A stretch of DNA of 64,000 bases from Macrostomum lignano (Eukaryota): NCBI GenBank assembly GCA_002269645.1, contig NIVC01003477.1, forward strand, positions 32,015 through 96,014, read 5' to 3'. A program made the translations under genes and the position numbers. The stretch's first letter is position 1, and the number at the start of each line of letters is the position of its first letter. This document shows positions 24,622-49,067 of this stretch, one piece after another. A model generated the notes under the pieces. The model ran no database searches. It worked only from the letters and a program-made list of their open reading frames with translations, and was not told where the DNA came from.

Positions 24622-27142
24622 ATGGAAACCGGTGTGGAGGAAGAGCCAACAGCATCCGTTAACAGTCCTTGTCCCATATCCTGCCTAATAAAGAATGCAC
24701 TAAATCGTGAGCCACTATCATCGCCGGTTGATGCCATGCCAAATAGTGAGCTGCAATCGCTCGGTTCCCTGTGGTCAGCTGACTTGCTTGATTGCGTCAA
24801 TCGGCTTGTCCAATTATTATCATCATCATTATCTACTGATGATAATTCTAATGCAGCTATTAGTTCGCTTAGACAATGGTAAGCCTATAAAGTTTGCTGC
24901 TGTTTACTTCAAGTAGAGTAGTTTGGACGTCACTTTTTCATTACAATTTACAACCCTTATTAGGGGGCCGTAGCCTAGTGGTCTAGCGTTGCGCTCTGAT
25001 GCACCAGCGGCCCAGGCTCGATCCAAGTGCAGTCAACATTATAGTTTGGGGTTAAATTGGAATCTTGGCTTGGCTCTGCTCGTGCAATTAACGGCCTTGA
25101 AAGCCCCGACCCCCAAGTCATAGTGATGGGGTGGCGGTTGCTGGGGAAGACAATCGGAGGATGGTGTCCTGAGTGCTGGGGCAGAGAATCGGAGGATGGG
25201 GTGGTGAGTGCTGGGGCAGACAATCGGAGGATGGGGTGGTGGGTGCTGGGGCAGATAATCGGAGGATGGGGTGGTGAATGCTGGGGCAGATAATCGGAGG
25301 ATGGGGTGGTGGGTGCTGGGGCAGACAATCGGAGGATGGGGTGGTGAGTGCTGGGGCAGACAATCGGAGGATGGGGTGGTGGGTGCTGGGGCAGACAATC
25401 GGAGGATGGGGTGGTGAATGCTGGGGCAGACAATCGGAGGATGGGGTGGTGGGTGCTGGGGCAGACAATCGGAGGATGGGGTGGTGGGTGCTGGGGCAGA
25501 CAATCGGAGGATGGGGTGGTGAATGCTGGGGCAGATAATCGGAGGATGGGGTGGTGGGTGCTGGGGCAGAGAAACGGAGGATGGTGTCGTGGGTGCTGGG
25601 TCAGACAATCGGAGGATGGGGTGGCGGTTGCTGGGGCAGAGAATCAGAGGATGGGGTGGTGGGTGCTGGGGCAGAGAATCGGAAGATGGGGTCTGGGGAA
25701 GGAGGGCCGTAGCCTAGTGGTCTAGCGTTGCGCCAGCGGCCCAGACTCAATTCCAAGTGCAGTCAACATTAATTTTGGGCTGTATTGGAATCTCGGCTTG
25801 GCTCTGCCGAGTCTAATTAAGTGTAATTAACGACCTTGAAGGCTAATCCCCATGGCGCAGTGAATAAAGTTAGGGCCGCTGTACACTCCTGTGCAATCCT
25901 GAAGGGGTTGTAGTCTAGTAGTTACTCACGACAACTGTAAGGTCATTCTGGATTCCTTCAGTTCACCAAGCTGTAAAATGGGTGCCAGCATTAGCTGTGC
26001 TAATTGTGTGGTAATCATCCAGTCCTTGGACTGAACAGCCGTACGCAGTCTTCAGATGCGCCAGAAGCTGCGGTTGGGCTGTCGGTTGCGCATCTGGCCA
26101 TTAGGACAGGTGTAATCAATTATTGAACTCGTGTGTGAATGTCGCTTGAAGTGCGCCGAGATGTACACAGCCCCCTGCCTCTACTCGTAATGAAAAAATC
26201 ATTTTGGTTACTACCCACAGCCCAGCAACCCAGGTGCTCGTCCACCTATTCGCATCCGGATGCGCTCTCGCTGACCGTGTCTGGTCTCAGCCAGCTCTAG
26301 CCAAAGCCGTCATCAGCCGCCTCTACCCGCTGCTGCCGCCTCTGGCACCCAACTCGCTCAAGTACTTGGACTTCCAGCCTGCTCTGGCTGTCTCAGATGA
26401 GCCTGGTTGTGTACCATTTAGCACCGCCTCGCTAGTCCAGCTGCTCTGCAACAATTCTCCCATAATAAGCTACCCAGTAGCCGACTATTTATCCCCACCA
26501 GGTAGGAGGCACGCTATCGCTTTGACAACTCGTCTGTGCTCGCATCACTGCTTAGACTGGCAACTGTTAGGCTTGGATTGCCTGTCTGCCGGTCTGTTAA
26601 CTTCTGTTGAGTCTCATTTGGCTAGGGATTTGCTTCATCGTCTGAGCCAGTCTCGAGATGCTGCAGCGCTTGAACCAGCGTTGAACTTGTCAGCCACACT
26701 GCGAGCTCTGTGCCCTGAGGATTGGCTGTTAGACAGTCTCTACCTGGACTGTTTACAGTGCCTGTCCTACGAATGCCGCCCAGGGCTTCAATTGGCCCGT
26801 CTGAAAGCTTTGCCCGTTATGATTGACAGGCTAGGCATGTCGTCTATTAAATATGGTAGCCTAGTAGTTAAATGCCTAGATAACTGCTTGTCCAGATGCG
26901 ACAGTGACATTGTGGAGTCTGTCTGGCTTGTGCTAGACAGCTACCTGCGCTATTGCCTGTTTGAACGGCAACAAATTGCTAGAATTTTGATTAACTTTGC
27001 AATGCACAATCCTCTGGTTGATTGCGGTCGGCATTTGCCCGCGATTGAGCCGCAGTTTGTTGGCGAAGTTTGTCGGGGCATTGTCAGCGAAGCGCCTGAG
27101 CTGCAATCAGCGTTGAGTAGATACATGACGCTTGAGGGCTGA
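24622..27142 (+). CDS. TTI2: Probable TELO2-interacting protein 2 (TTI2), ~392 aa; exons 24622-24878, 26221-27142
   Basis: Donor GTAAGC 24879 (phase 2) fits acceptor CCCACAG 26220. The Leu-rich HEAT-like C-terminus resembles TTI2 (RLCSHHCLDWQLLGLDCL; ARLKALPVMIDRLGMSSIKY). Similarity judged from memory, no search run. Confidence 0.6.
24963..25120 (+). mobile_element. tRNA-derived SINE, 5' part only
   Basis: GGGGCCGTAGCCTAGTGGTCTAGCG...GGCTCGATCC contains A-box and B-box-like motifs; duplicated at 25703. Confidence 0.7.
25125..25700 (+). repeat. G-rich intronic minisatellite, 35-bp unit GGAGGATGGGGTGGTGGGTGCTGGGGCAGACAATC
   Basis: TTI2 intron; sits between two SINE heads. Confidence 0.95.
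25703..26124 (+). mobile_element. tRNA-derived SINE, apparently near full length (~420 bp)
   Basis: Head homologous to 24963-25120; body and 3' end homologous to 17282-17476. Confidence 0.7.
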
Positions 27143-27186
27143 TGTAGAGCAGCTTTTTGTTTGATTGACTCATCCTTGTAGCCTCA

Positions 27187-27801
27187 GAATCGACCCCACC
27201 CCCTGACCCAAAGTTTACAATCGCCCACCCCCTGACCCAAAGTTTACAATCGCCCACCACCTGACCCAAAGTTTACAATCGCCCACCTCCCTGACCCAAA
27301 GTTTACAATCGCCCACCCCCTGACCCAAAGTTTACAATCGCCCACCACCTGACCCAAAGTTTAGAATCGCCCACCTCCCTGACCCAAAGTTTACAATCGC
27401 CCACCACCTGACCCAAAGTTTACAATCGCCCACCCCCTGACCCAAACTTTACAATCGCCCACCTCCCTGACCCAAAGTTTACAATCGCCCACCACCTGAC
27501 CCAAAGTTTACAATCGCCCACCCCCTGACCCAAAGTTTACAATCGCCCACCTCCCTGACCCAAAGTTTAGAATCGCCTACCTCCCTGACCCAAAGTTTAG
27601 AATCGCCCACCCCCCCTGACCCAAAGTTTAGAATCGCCCACCTCCCTGACCCAAAGTTTAGAATCGCCCACCTCCCTGATCCAAAGTTTAGAATCGCCCA
27701 CCTCCCTGACCCAAAGTTTAGAATCGTCCACCCCTGACCCAAAGTTTAGAATCGTCCACCCCTGACCCAAAGTTTAGAATCGCCCCTCACCTGACCCAAA
27801 C
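27187..27801 (+). repeat. Minisatellite, 29-bp unit AAAGTTTACAATCGCCCACCCCCTGACCC
   Basis: Starts ~45 bp after the TTI2 stop. Confidence 0.95.
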
Positions 27802-28571
27802 TAAAAGCGTATCTTGACCTAATTTGGAAGCGTTTAAAATCGACGCGAGCACTGTATATGATAGATTTTGTAAATATAATTTTATAATAATATTTCTGCA
27901 TTTCCTTTTAGTGTCTTTGTGTAATAACGAAGACTAGAGTGTCATTCAGTGTTTTGCATTCAATTTAAGGTAATTATAATTTTTAGCTTAGGTCATCCTT
28001 AGCTAGCTTTCCTGAACAATTGATTAAAGATTCATAATAGACAGTCACCTTCCTTTCAGTATTTTAGCCCCTATCCCGTCAACATGTTGCCTATAAGTTG
28101 CCGTAGGGTCCACTCGTAGTAGCTAAGTGCCAATGTGTTGGATACCCAGTAAAAGTGCGTATTTTTGGTGCATCGATCCAGCGTCTCTCTATCTTTTATG
28201 ATGCAGCTATATTTCCTTTGCAACGATACGCTCTACTGATCTCTTTATCTCTGGATATCTGTCTGTCAAGCTAATCAATTATCAGCTATATCGTATATTG
28301 CTGCATTCATCAATAGATGCTAAATGTTTTTCACCGTAGTACGAGTGTAGCACCTCTACTATGTCCTAACACTAACATCGCATCACAATCTTTGATTTAT
28401 TGACCAAATTTCACTACAAAGTAATTTTCCACATCTGCGAGACTTTATCAGCCATGATTTTATTTCATTGAATTTTGCAGCTTTGTTTCAAATATGAGCG
28501 GTTTTTGATAGGCTTTATTACAGTTATTGTTTTATTTATCGGTTGATGAACCTAAGCGGATACTGAGTTAA

Positions 28572-29420
28572 GAATGATGCTGAGGGGAGAATGATGCTGA
28601 TGGGAGAATGATGCTGAGAGGAGGGTGCTGATGGGAGAATAATGCTGATGGGAGAATAATGCTGATGGGAGAATGATGCTGATGGGAGAATAATGCTGAT
28701 GGGAGAATGATGCTGATGGGAGAATAATGCTGATGGGAGAATGATGCTAAGGGGAAGGGTGCTGAGGGGAGAATGATGCTAAGGGGAAGGGTGCTGAGGG
28801 GAGAATGATGCTGAGGGAAGGGTGCTGAGGGGAGAATGATGCTGAGGGAAGGGTGCTGAGGGGAGAATGATGCTGAGGGAAGGGTGCAGAGGGCAGAATG
28901 ATGCTGAGGGGAGAATGATGCTGAGGGGAAGCGTGCTGAGGGGAGAATGATGCTGAGGGAAGGGTGCAGAAGGCAGAATGATGCTGAGGGGAGAATGATG
29001 CTGAGAGGAAGGGTGCTGAGGGGAGAATGATGCTGAGGGAAGAGTGCAGAAGGGAGAATGATGCTGAGGGGAGAATGATGCTGAGAGGAAGGGTGCAGAA
29101 GGGAGAATGATGCTGAGGGGAGAATGATGCTGAGAGGAAGGGTGCTGAGGGGAGAATGATGCTGAGGGAAGGGTGCAGAGGGCAGAATGATGCTGAGGGA
29201 AGGGTGCAGAGGGGAGAATGATGCTGAGGGGAATAATGTTGGTGGGAAATGATGCTGAGGGAAATGATGCTGAGGGGAATGGTGCGGAGGGGGATGATGC
29301 TGAGGCGTTGATGCTGAGGGGGTGATGCTGAGGGGGATGATGCTGAGGGGGATGATGCTGAGGGGGATGATGCTGGGGGCTGATGCTGAGGAGGATGATG
29401 CTGAGGGGGGATGATGTTGA
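28572..29420 (+). repeat. G-rich mosaic minisatellite (ATGATGCTGAGGGGAGA and AGGGTGCTGAGGGG units)
   Basis: Read directly. Confidence 0.9.
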
Positions 29421-29814
29421 TAGCAAGTGTTTCAGTTGTATAATTTTTATTACTCGATTCGATGTTATCGCAAAGTGACAGTTCAGTGCTATTCTACCGA
29501 CTCCACTGACATCTGATTATTTGTATATCCATCATTTTTTAGGCAACATTTTCTATTACAACCTTGCTCAGGCCTGCTCAAAAGTTCGCCCTCTGTATGG
29601 TCATCAATTATCAATCCTAATCTCATTTCCTTCTGACGCGCGAACTCACAGCGCTGCTGTTGCTGTCCTTTTTTGTAGAAGAAGATTGATACTCTCTCCA
29701 TCAGGACACCCAGCTATGTAATGCTCATTTCTCATCTGTAGGCTTAATAGCTACTTTCTTTTGGGTGCTCCTCTCTGCGTCTCTCGAATCTCTCTCGTCT
29801 CTCGCAACTCAAAG

Positions 29815-29850
<36 letters not shown>

Positions 29851-29868
29851 AATATTATTATTATTATT
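29815..29868 (+). repeat. (ATT)n microsatellite
   Basis: Read directly. Confidence 0.85.
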
Positions 29869-29914
29869 TTGTTAGGATTTTTCAACGTAACTTAGACCAT
29901 TGATGTAGAGTATA

Positions 29915-31558
29915 AAGAATCGCCCCTGACACTCATTTAGAGTTGAGAATCGCCTCTGACACTCATTTAGAGTAGAGAATCGCCCCTGACACTCATTTAG
30001 AGTAGAGAATCACCCCTAACACTCATTTAGAGTAGAGAATCGCCTCTGACACTCATTTAGAGTAGAGAATCGCCTCTGACACTCATTTAGAGTGAAGAAT
30101 CGCCCCTGACACTCATTTAGAGTAGAGAATCGCCTCTGACACTCATTTAGAGTAGAGAATCGCTGCTGACATCCATTTAGAGAGAATCGCCTCTGACACT
30201 CATTTAGAGTAGAGAATCGCCCCTGACACTCATTTAGAGTAGAGAATCACCCCTAACACTCATTTAGAGTAGAGAATCGCTGCTGACATCCATTTAGTGA
30301 GAATCGCCTTTGACACTCATTTAGAGTAGAGAATCGCCTCTGACACTCATTTAGAGTAGAGAATCGCCTCTGACACTCATTTAGAGTAGAGAATCGCCTC
30401 TGACACTCATTTAGAGTAGAAAATCGCCTCTGACACTCATTTAGAGTAGAGAATCGCCTCTGACACACATTTAGAGTAGAAAATCGCCTCTGACACTCAT
30501 TTAGAGTAGAGAATCGCCTCTGACACTCATTTAGAGTAGAAAATCGCCTCTGACACTCATTTAGAGTAGAGAATCGCCTCTGACACTCATTTAGAGTAGA
30601 GAATCGCTGCTGACATCCATTTAGAGAGAATCGCCTCTGACACTCATTTAGAGTAGAGAATCGCCCCTGACACTCATTTAGAGTAGAGAATCACCCCTAA
30701 CACTCATTTAGAGTAGAGAATCGCTGCTGACATCCATTTAGAGAGAATCGCCTCTGACACTCATTTAGAGTAGAGAATCGCCTCTGACACTCATTTAGAG
30801 TAGAAAATCGCCTCTGACACTCATTTAGAGTAGAAAATCGCCTCTGACACTCATTTAGAGTAGAGAATCGCCTCTGACACTCATTTAGAGTAGAGAATCG
30901 CTGCTGACATCCATTTAGAGAGAATCGCCTCTGACACTCATTTAGAGTAGAGAATCGCTGCTGACATCCATTTAGAGAGAATCGCCTCTGACACTCATTT
31001 AGAGTAGAGAATCGCCCCTGACACTCATTTAGAGTAGAGAATCACCCCTAACACTCATTTAGAGTAGAGAATCGCTGCTGACATCCATTTAGTGAGAATC
31101 GCCTTTGACACTCATTTAGAGTAGAGAATCGCCTCTGACACTCATTTAGAGTAGAGAATCGCCTCTGACACTCATTTAGAGTAGAAAATCGCCTCTGACA
31201 CTCATTTAGAGTAGAGAATCGCCTCTGACACTCATTTAGAGTAGAAAATCGCCTCTGACACTCATTTAGAGTAGAGAATCGCCTCTGACACTCATTTAGA
31301 GTAGAGAATCGCCTCTGACACTTATTTAGAGTGAAGAATCGCCCCTGACACTCATTTGGAGTGAAGAATCGCCCCTGACACTCATTTAGAGTGAAGAATC
31401 GCCCCTAACACTCATTTAGAGTAGAGAATCACCCCTGACACCCATTTAGAGTAGAGAATCGCTGCTGACATCCATTTAGAGTGAAGAATCGCCCCTGACA
31501 CTCATTTAGAATAGAGAATCGCCCCTTACACTCGTTTAGAGTAGAGAATCGCCCCCAA
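29915..31558 (+). repeat. Minisatellite, 30-bp unit GAGAATCGCCTCTGACACTCATTTAGAGTA
   Basis: About 55 units ending ~150 bp upstream of the BMS1 ATG. Confidence 0.97.
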
Positions 31559-31710
31559 GTCAATTTCAAAGCGGCATGATATGTAGAAAATCTACTTTAA
31601 TCGGTAGAATTTTATTTAAACTGACACAACTAATCATTTTTTATTCATGCAATCTCTACACTGAACCAAGTCTTGCAATTTAAACCGTGCTCAAAAAACT
31701 CCCAACTAAC

Positions 31711-43525
<11,815 letters not shown>

Positions 43526-43965
43526 ATGGAATTGGACTTCAGTGATCCAACAGGAAAGAATTTATGGCGCAGAAATCCTGTGGTTCTTGGCTGAAATATT
43601 TTGTGTTCAATTTCGTAGTTTAAAAAAAATATTTCGCAATGTGCGCGCGCATTACAGGCATTTATAGTAATTAAAATTCATATTATAACATTGGCTAGTT
43701 AAATTAACTTCACTGCCGCTGTGGCACTGTCGATGAGTGTCGGTTCGGAAAGACGGTTTTATTAAATTGTCTTCAACTATGCCAAATCGACATTCAATTG
43801 ATATACAAGTTTGAAGACTAAATAAATGCATTGACTTCTGATTCATGCTGCATGTTTTGGGAAACTTGAGTTACCAACGCTTAGTTTCTTTTTTTCATTG
43901 CTTTTCACTTAGGCTAGGTTTTGTCTGTTGTAGTGAGTGGGAAATTTCTGTAAATTTAATAACTA

Positions 43966-44610
43966 GGGAGACACTGGGAGAGGAACAGGGGAGACACTGG
44001 GAGGGGAACAGGGGAGACACTGGAAGAGGAACAGGGGAGACACTGGGAGAGGAACAGAGGAGACACTGGAAGAGGAACAGGGGAGACACTGGGAGAGGAG
44101 CAGGGGAGACACTGGGAGCAGGGGAGACACTGGGAGAGGAACAGGGGAGACACTGGGAGAGGAACAGGGGAGACACTGGGAGAGGAACAGGGGAGACGCT
44201 GGGAGAGGAACAGGGGAGACACTGGGAGAGAAACAGGGGAGACGCTGGGAGAGGAACAGGAGAGACACTGGGAGAGGAACAAGGGAGACACTGGGAGAGA
44301 AACAGGGGAGACGCTGGGAGAGGAACAGGAGAGACACTGGGAGAGGAACAAGGGAGACACTGGGAGAGGAACAGGGGAGACACTAGGAGAGGAACAAGGG
44401 AGACACTGGGAGAGGAACAGGGGAGACACTGGGAGAGGAACAGGGGAGACACTAGGAGAGGAACAAGGGAGACACTGGGAGAGGAACAGGGGAGACACTG
44501 GGAGAGGAACAGGGGAGACACTGGGAGAGGAACAGGGGAGACACTGGGAGAGGAACAGGGGAGACACTGGGAGAGGAACAGGGGAGACACTGGGAGAGGA
44601 ACAAGGGAGC
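43966..44610 (+). repeat. Purine-rich minisatellite, 23-bp unit GGGAGACACTGGGAGAGGAACAG
   Basis: Downstream of BMS1. Confidence 0.95.
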
Positions 44611-45204
44611 CTAGTAAGTCTGAGAAGTCTGAGAAGCAGCAAGGGAGTAAAATTGCAGGGAAAAATAAATCTGTGCAGCAATTGCAGACTCGAGTTTCAG
44701 GAAGCAATAAAAGCGCTAATGGAAACTGTCTTCATTTTCGAGAGTAAAAAAAATCAGTTTTTTAGTTGCTAGGCGGCATTCAGGAAGAGAAGTCAAGGGC
44801 TCGTGGGTTTTTTAGGCTTCCTGGTCAAGCTGTCACACCCAGGCTGAACTGAATATCCTCTCTCCTTAGCGAAGTCTGTTATTAGCCATATATGGTTATT
44901 TTTTAGGCGGAGAAAATATTTTAGACATAAATAGCTTCCTTGGGTCTTGCTTTGACTTGCAATTTATTATATTGGCTATAAAGTACGTCTAGCACTATGG
45001 TTAGTTAACGTACTCGTACATTCCCTGACACACGCGCGTCAAGAGGTCTTCAACCAGAGTTTCGCGGGAGGATCGTGACTTTACTGAGTGCAAGTGGGAT
45101 TAAGTCTGCTGTATGCTTTTAATATTTGATGTATGTAAATCCATGTATACTTAGTACTATTGCCGCTTAAGTAGATGGCAGGCACTTGATATTCTGCAAT
45201 CGTC

Positions 45205-46520
45205 CTAAGAATCGCCCCGAAATCATTCTAAGAATCGCCCCCAATTCGTCCTAAGAATCGCCCCCAAATCGTCCTACGAGTCGCCCCGAAATCATTCTAA
45301 GAATCGCCCCCAAATCATTCTAAGAATCGCCCCCAAATCATTCTAAGAATCGCCCCGAAATCATTCTAAGAATCGCCCCCAATTCGTCCTAAGAATCGCC
45401 CCCAAATCGTCCTACGAGTCGCCCCGAAATCATTCTAAGAATCGCCCCCAAATCATTCTAAGAATCGCCCCCAAATCATTCTAAGAATCGCCCCGAAATC
45501 ATTCTAAGAATCGCCCCCAATTCGTCCTAAGAATCGCCCCCAAATCGTCCTACGAGTCGCCCCGAAATCATTCTAAGAATCGCCCCCAAATCATTCTAAG
45601 AATCGCCCCCAAATCATTCTAAGAATCGCCCCGAAATCATTCTAAGAATCGCCCCCAATTCGTCCTAAGAATCGCCCCCAAATCGTCCTACGAGTCGCCC
45701 CGAAATCATTCTAAGAATCGCCCCCAAATCGTCCTAAGAATCGCCCCCAAATCGTCCTAAGAATCGCCCCGAAATTATTCTAAGAATCGCCCCCAAATCG
45801 TCCTAAGAATCGCCCCCAAATCGTCCTAAGAATCGCCCCGAAATTATTCTAAGAATCGCCCCCAAATCGTCCTAAGAATCGCCCCCAAATCGTCCTAAGA
45901 ATCGCACCGAAATTATTCTAAGAATCGCCCCCAAATCATTCTAAGAATCGCCCCGAAATCATTCTAAGAATCGCCCCGAAATCATTCTAAGAATCGCCCC
46001 CAAATCGTCCTAAGAATCGCCCCGAAATCATTCTAAGAATCGCCCCGAAATCATTCTAAGAATCGCCCCCAAATCGTCCTAAGAATCGCCCCGAAATCAT
46101 TCTAAGAATCGCCCCGAAATTATTCTAAGAATCGCCCCGAAATCATTCTAAGAATCGCCCCGAAATCATTCTAAGAATCGCCCCCAAATCGTCCTAAGAA
46201 TCGCCCCGAAATCATTCTAAGAATCGCCCCGAAATTATTCTAAGAATCGCCCCAAATCGTCCTAAGAATCGCCCCGAAATCATTCTAAGAATCGCCCCGA
46301 AATTATTCTAAGAATCGCCCCCAAATCGTCCTAAGAATCGCCCCGAAATCATTCTAAGAATCGCCCCGAAATTATTCTAAGAATCGCCCCCAAATCGTCC
46401 TAAGAATCGCCCCGAAATCATTCTAAGAATCGCCCCGAAATTATTCTAAGAATCGCCCCCAAATCGTCCTAAGAGTCGCCCTCAAATCGTCCTAAGAATC
46501 GCCCCCAAATCGTCCTAGAA
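45205..46520 (+). repeat. Minisatellite, 23-bp unit AAGAATCGCCCCGAAATCATTCT, with a 138-bp (6-mer) higher-order repeat
   Basis: The variant TACGAG recurs at 45275, 45413, 45551 and 45689. Confidence 0.97.
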
Positions 46521-46850
46521 TCGCTGCCAGATCCCAGCAGCATCTCACAGTCACTCTGCATCCAATTTTGCTATTTGGATTCCAATGCGGTTTTTATCAA
46601 CTTTATCGTTCATCACAGCAAGTTTTCTGACTAATTACAAGTCATAGCCCTGGTGTGCTGTATACGCGCAGCCTTACCAGCTATAGCCATGTGTGTCTAT
46701 ACAAAAGCTTGCGTGCAAGTGATTTGTGGCCAGATTAGTTTGCGAGTTCGCGTGACATCAAAAGCTGAGAAGGGACGGCAGAGCTCGCTGGGGGAAGAGA
46801 GACAGACGAACCGAATTCCTCCTCTCTGTTGGTTCCTCGATCCCTTCCTT

Positions 46851-46903
46851 ATTGGCCAATAGCCAGTAGCAATGTAAATCTCTGCTGACTTGCTACGTAT
46901 AAA
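46851..46903 (+). promoter_or_regulatory. Candidate Pol II promoter of the first USP gene (palindromic ATTGGCCAAT box and TATAAA)
   Basis: ATTGGCCAAT 46851-46860 and TATAAA 46898-46903. They are followed by a donor GTAAGT at 47004 and an acceptor TTTTTTCAG at 48550, just before the USP ATG, which defines a 5'-UTR intron. Confidence 0.5.
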
Positions 46904-47081
46904 GCTGCTTCGTGTCTCATTTCTCTTATTGCGACTTTTTCTCCCAACCCTTTTTATTTTTTGAGGAATTTCTTTCAATCTTCTATTTCGAAGTTAGGGA
47001 TCTGTAAGTGCTGTTTTCAAATTATCAGTGTACAGCTCGTTGCTGTGATTTGCCGTAGAATCTTGTTAGTGACTGCCGCTT

Positions 47082-47487
47082 TAGCCGCCCTGGCAACCAG
47101 TATTGACTCATCTTAGCGCCCCTAGCAACCAATATTGAGTCCCTATTATTCATTTAGCGCCCCTAGCAACCAAATATTGACACACCTGCTATTTAGCGGT
47201 ATCCTAGCGGCCATAGCAACTAACATTTGCCCCTCTGCTATTCATCTTAGCGCCCCTAGCAACCAATATTGAATCCCCATTACTAATTTTAGCGCCCCTA
47301 GCAACCAATACTGATTCCCCATTACTCATTTTAGCGCCCCCTGGCAACCAATATTGATTCCCCATTACTCATTTTAGCGCCCCCTGGCAACCAAATATTG
47401 ACACCCTTGATTTTTATCTTGGCACCCCTAGCAACAAATCTTTGCACCTCTGTTATTCATCTTAGCGGCCCTAGCAACCAAATATTG
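47082..47487 (+). repeat. Degenerate ~42-bp repeat x10 with conserved TTAGCGCCCCTAGCAACCAATATTG half
   Basis: Read directly; lies in the putative 5'-UTR intron of the first USP gene. Confidence 0.85.
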
Positions 47488-47864
47488 TAAATCAAATTGC
47501 GTACATGTGCGTAGTGCTTTTGATTAAATTGCTTATTTTTCAAGCACCAGTGATGTTATTGAATTAAAGTGCTAATTGCTAGCCTGCCTGTATGTCATGC
47601 ATTATGCATAACTACTTATAGTATGCTCGAGAATAATATAAGCCATGTGCCAAACGGCCATGAATAGGGGAGCTGCTTGTGAGCGCATTCAAAAAAGCAA
47701 TATCCCATAAGAGACACTGTACCATTGCGCAGTAGAGGGAACTAATCACAAATAGTCAGGAAGTTAATAAATGTATGGTTTATGAGTTATAAGTTGAGAG
47801 GAAGGAATTCACTTGACGATTTTCAGAGGAAACAACTTATAGTGCTTCGATGATTTAAATTAGA

Positions 47865-48500
47865 GGAATCTAAACTGCAGGCTGTGTGAACTCTTAGGAA
47901 TCTAAACTGCAGGCTGTGTGAACTCTTAGGAATCTAAACTGCAGGCTGTGTGAACTCTTAGGAATCTAAACTGCAGGCTGTGTGAACTCTTAGGAATCTA
48001 AACTGCAGGCTGTGTGAACTCTTAGGAATCTAAACTGCAGGCTGTGTGAACTCTTAGGAATCTAAACTGCAGGCTGTGTGAACTCTTAGGAATCTAAACT
48101 GCAGGCTGTGTGAACTCTTAGGAATCTAAACTGCAGGCTGTGTGAACTCTTAGGAATCTAAACTGCAGGCTGTGTGAACTCTTAGGAATCTAAACTGCAG
48201 GCTGTGTGAACTCTTAGGAATCTAAACTGCAGGCTGTGTGAACTCTTAGGAATCTAAACTGCAGGCTGTGTGAACTCTTAGGAATCTAAACTGCAGGCTG
48301 TGTGAACTCTTAGGAATCTAAACTGCAGGCTGTGTGAACTCTTAGGAATCTAAACTGCAGGCTGTGTGAACTCTTAGGAATCTAAACTGCAGGCTGTGTG
48401 AACTCTTAGGAATCTAAACTGCAGGCTGTGTGAACTCTTAGGAATCTAAACTGCAGGCTGTGTGAACTCTTAGGAATCTAAACTGCAGGCTGTGTGAACT
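47865..48500 (+). repeat. Perfect minisatellite, 32-bp unit GGAATCTAAACTGCAGGCTGTGTGAACTCTTA x ~20
   Basis: No variant units seen. Confidence 0.97.
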
Positions 48501-48588
48501 TTTTGAATTAAGTAAAATTTGATTTAAAAAAATCGCCTGATTTTTTTCAGAATTTCGTTCAATTTTTCGAAGAACTCAGAGAATTATT

Positions 48589-49053
48589 ATGTCAACAAAC
48601 CGTCGCATCCTACTAGCAGTAGACGGCAGTGAGCATTCCGATCGGGCTTTGAAATTCTACGCCGAAAGTATCTGGCAACCTGGCGACGAAGTGATATTTG
48701 TTTATTGCGTAGAGCCGCCGCGCCTGTCTCTGAGCGACATGGTGTCGTCCGGCGCCTCGGACGCATTTGCCCGCGGCGTTGAGTCTGCCGTTCAGCACGG
48801 TCACCGACTCGCCGACGAGCTCCGGGCGAAGTGCACCGCCCTGGGCGTCACCAGCACGGTGCGATTCGTGGAACGGATGGAGCCGAACGGAGCCGGAGCG
48901 GCCATCGTTGATGTCAGCCAAGAGGAGGCCGTTACCTGCCTGGTGCTGGGCAGCCGAGGTCTGGGCAAATTTCGACGCACCTTTCTCGGTAGCGTGTCCG
49001 ACTATGTGCTGCATCATTCCCGCAAACCGGTGCTCATTGTGCCGCCGCAGTGA
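48589..49053 (+). CDS. Universal stress protein (UspA domain), 154 aa, intronless CDS
   Basis: RRILLAVDGSEHS..AL; ATP-binding motif VLGSRGLGKFRRTFLGSVSDYVLHHSRKPVLIVPP. Confidence 0.93.
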   Translation: MSTNRRILLAVDGSEHSDRALKFYAESIWQPGDEVIFVYCVEPPRLSLSDMVSSGASDAFARGVESAVQHGHRLADELRAKCTALGVTSTVRFVERMEPNGAGAAIVDVSQEEAVTCLVLGSRGLGKFRRTFLGSVSDYVLHHSRKPVLIVPPQ

Positions 49054-49067
49054 TTGTTTTGTGCACT

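Noticed and set aside
24963-25030. Possible tRNA gene
   Set aside because: A/B boxes are present but I cannot fold a full cloverleaf, and it continues into a dispersed repeat body; treated as a SINE head.
47330-47395. CTCF-like GCGCCCCCTGG motif
   Set aside because: Only a partial match in 2 of 10 units, and CTCF is reported absent from flatworms, the likely host group.
47082-48500. CRISPR-like appearance of the 42-bp and 32-bp repeats
   Set aside because: Eukaryotic context with no cas genes. The 32-bp array has no spacers, and the 42-bp 'spacers' are homologous to each other.
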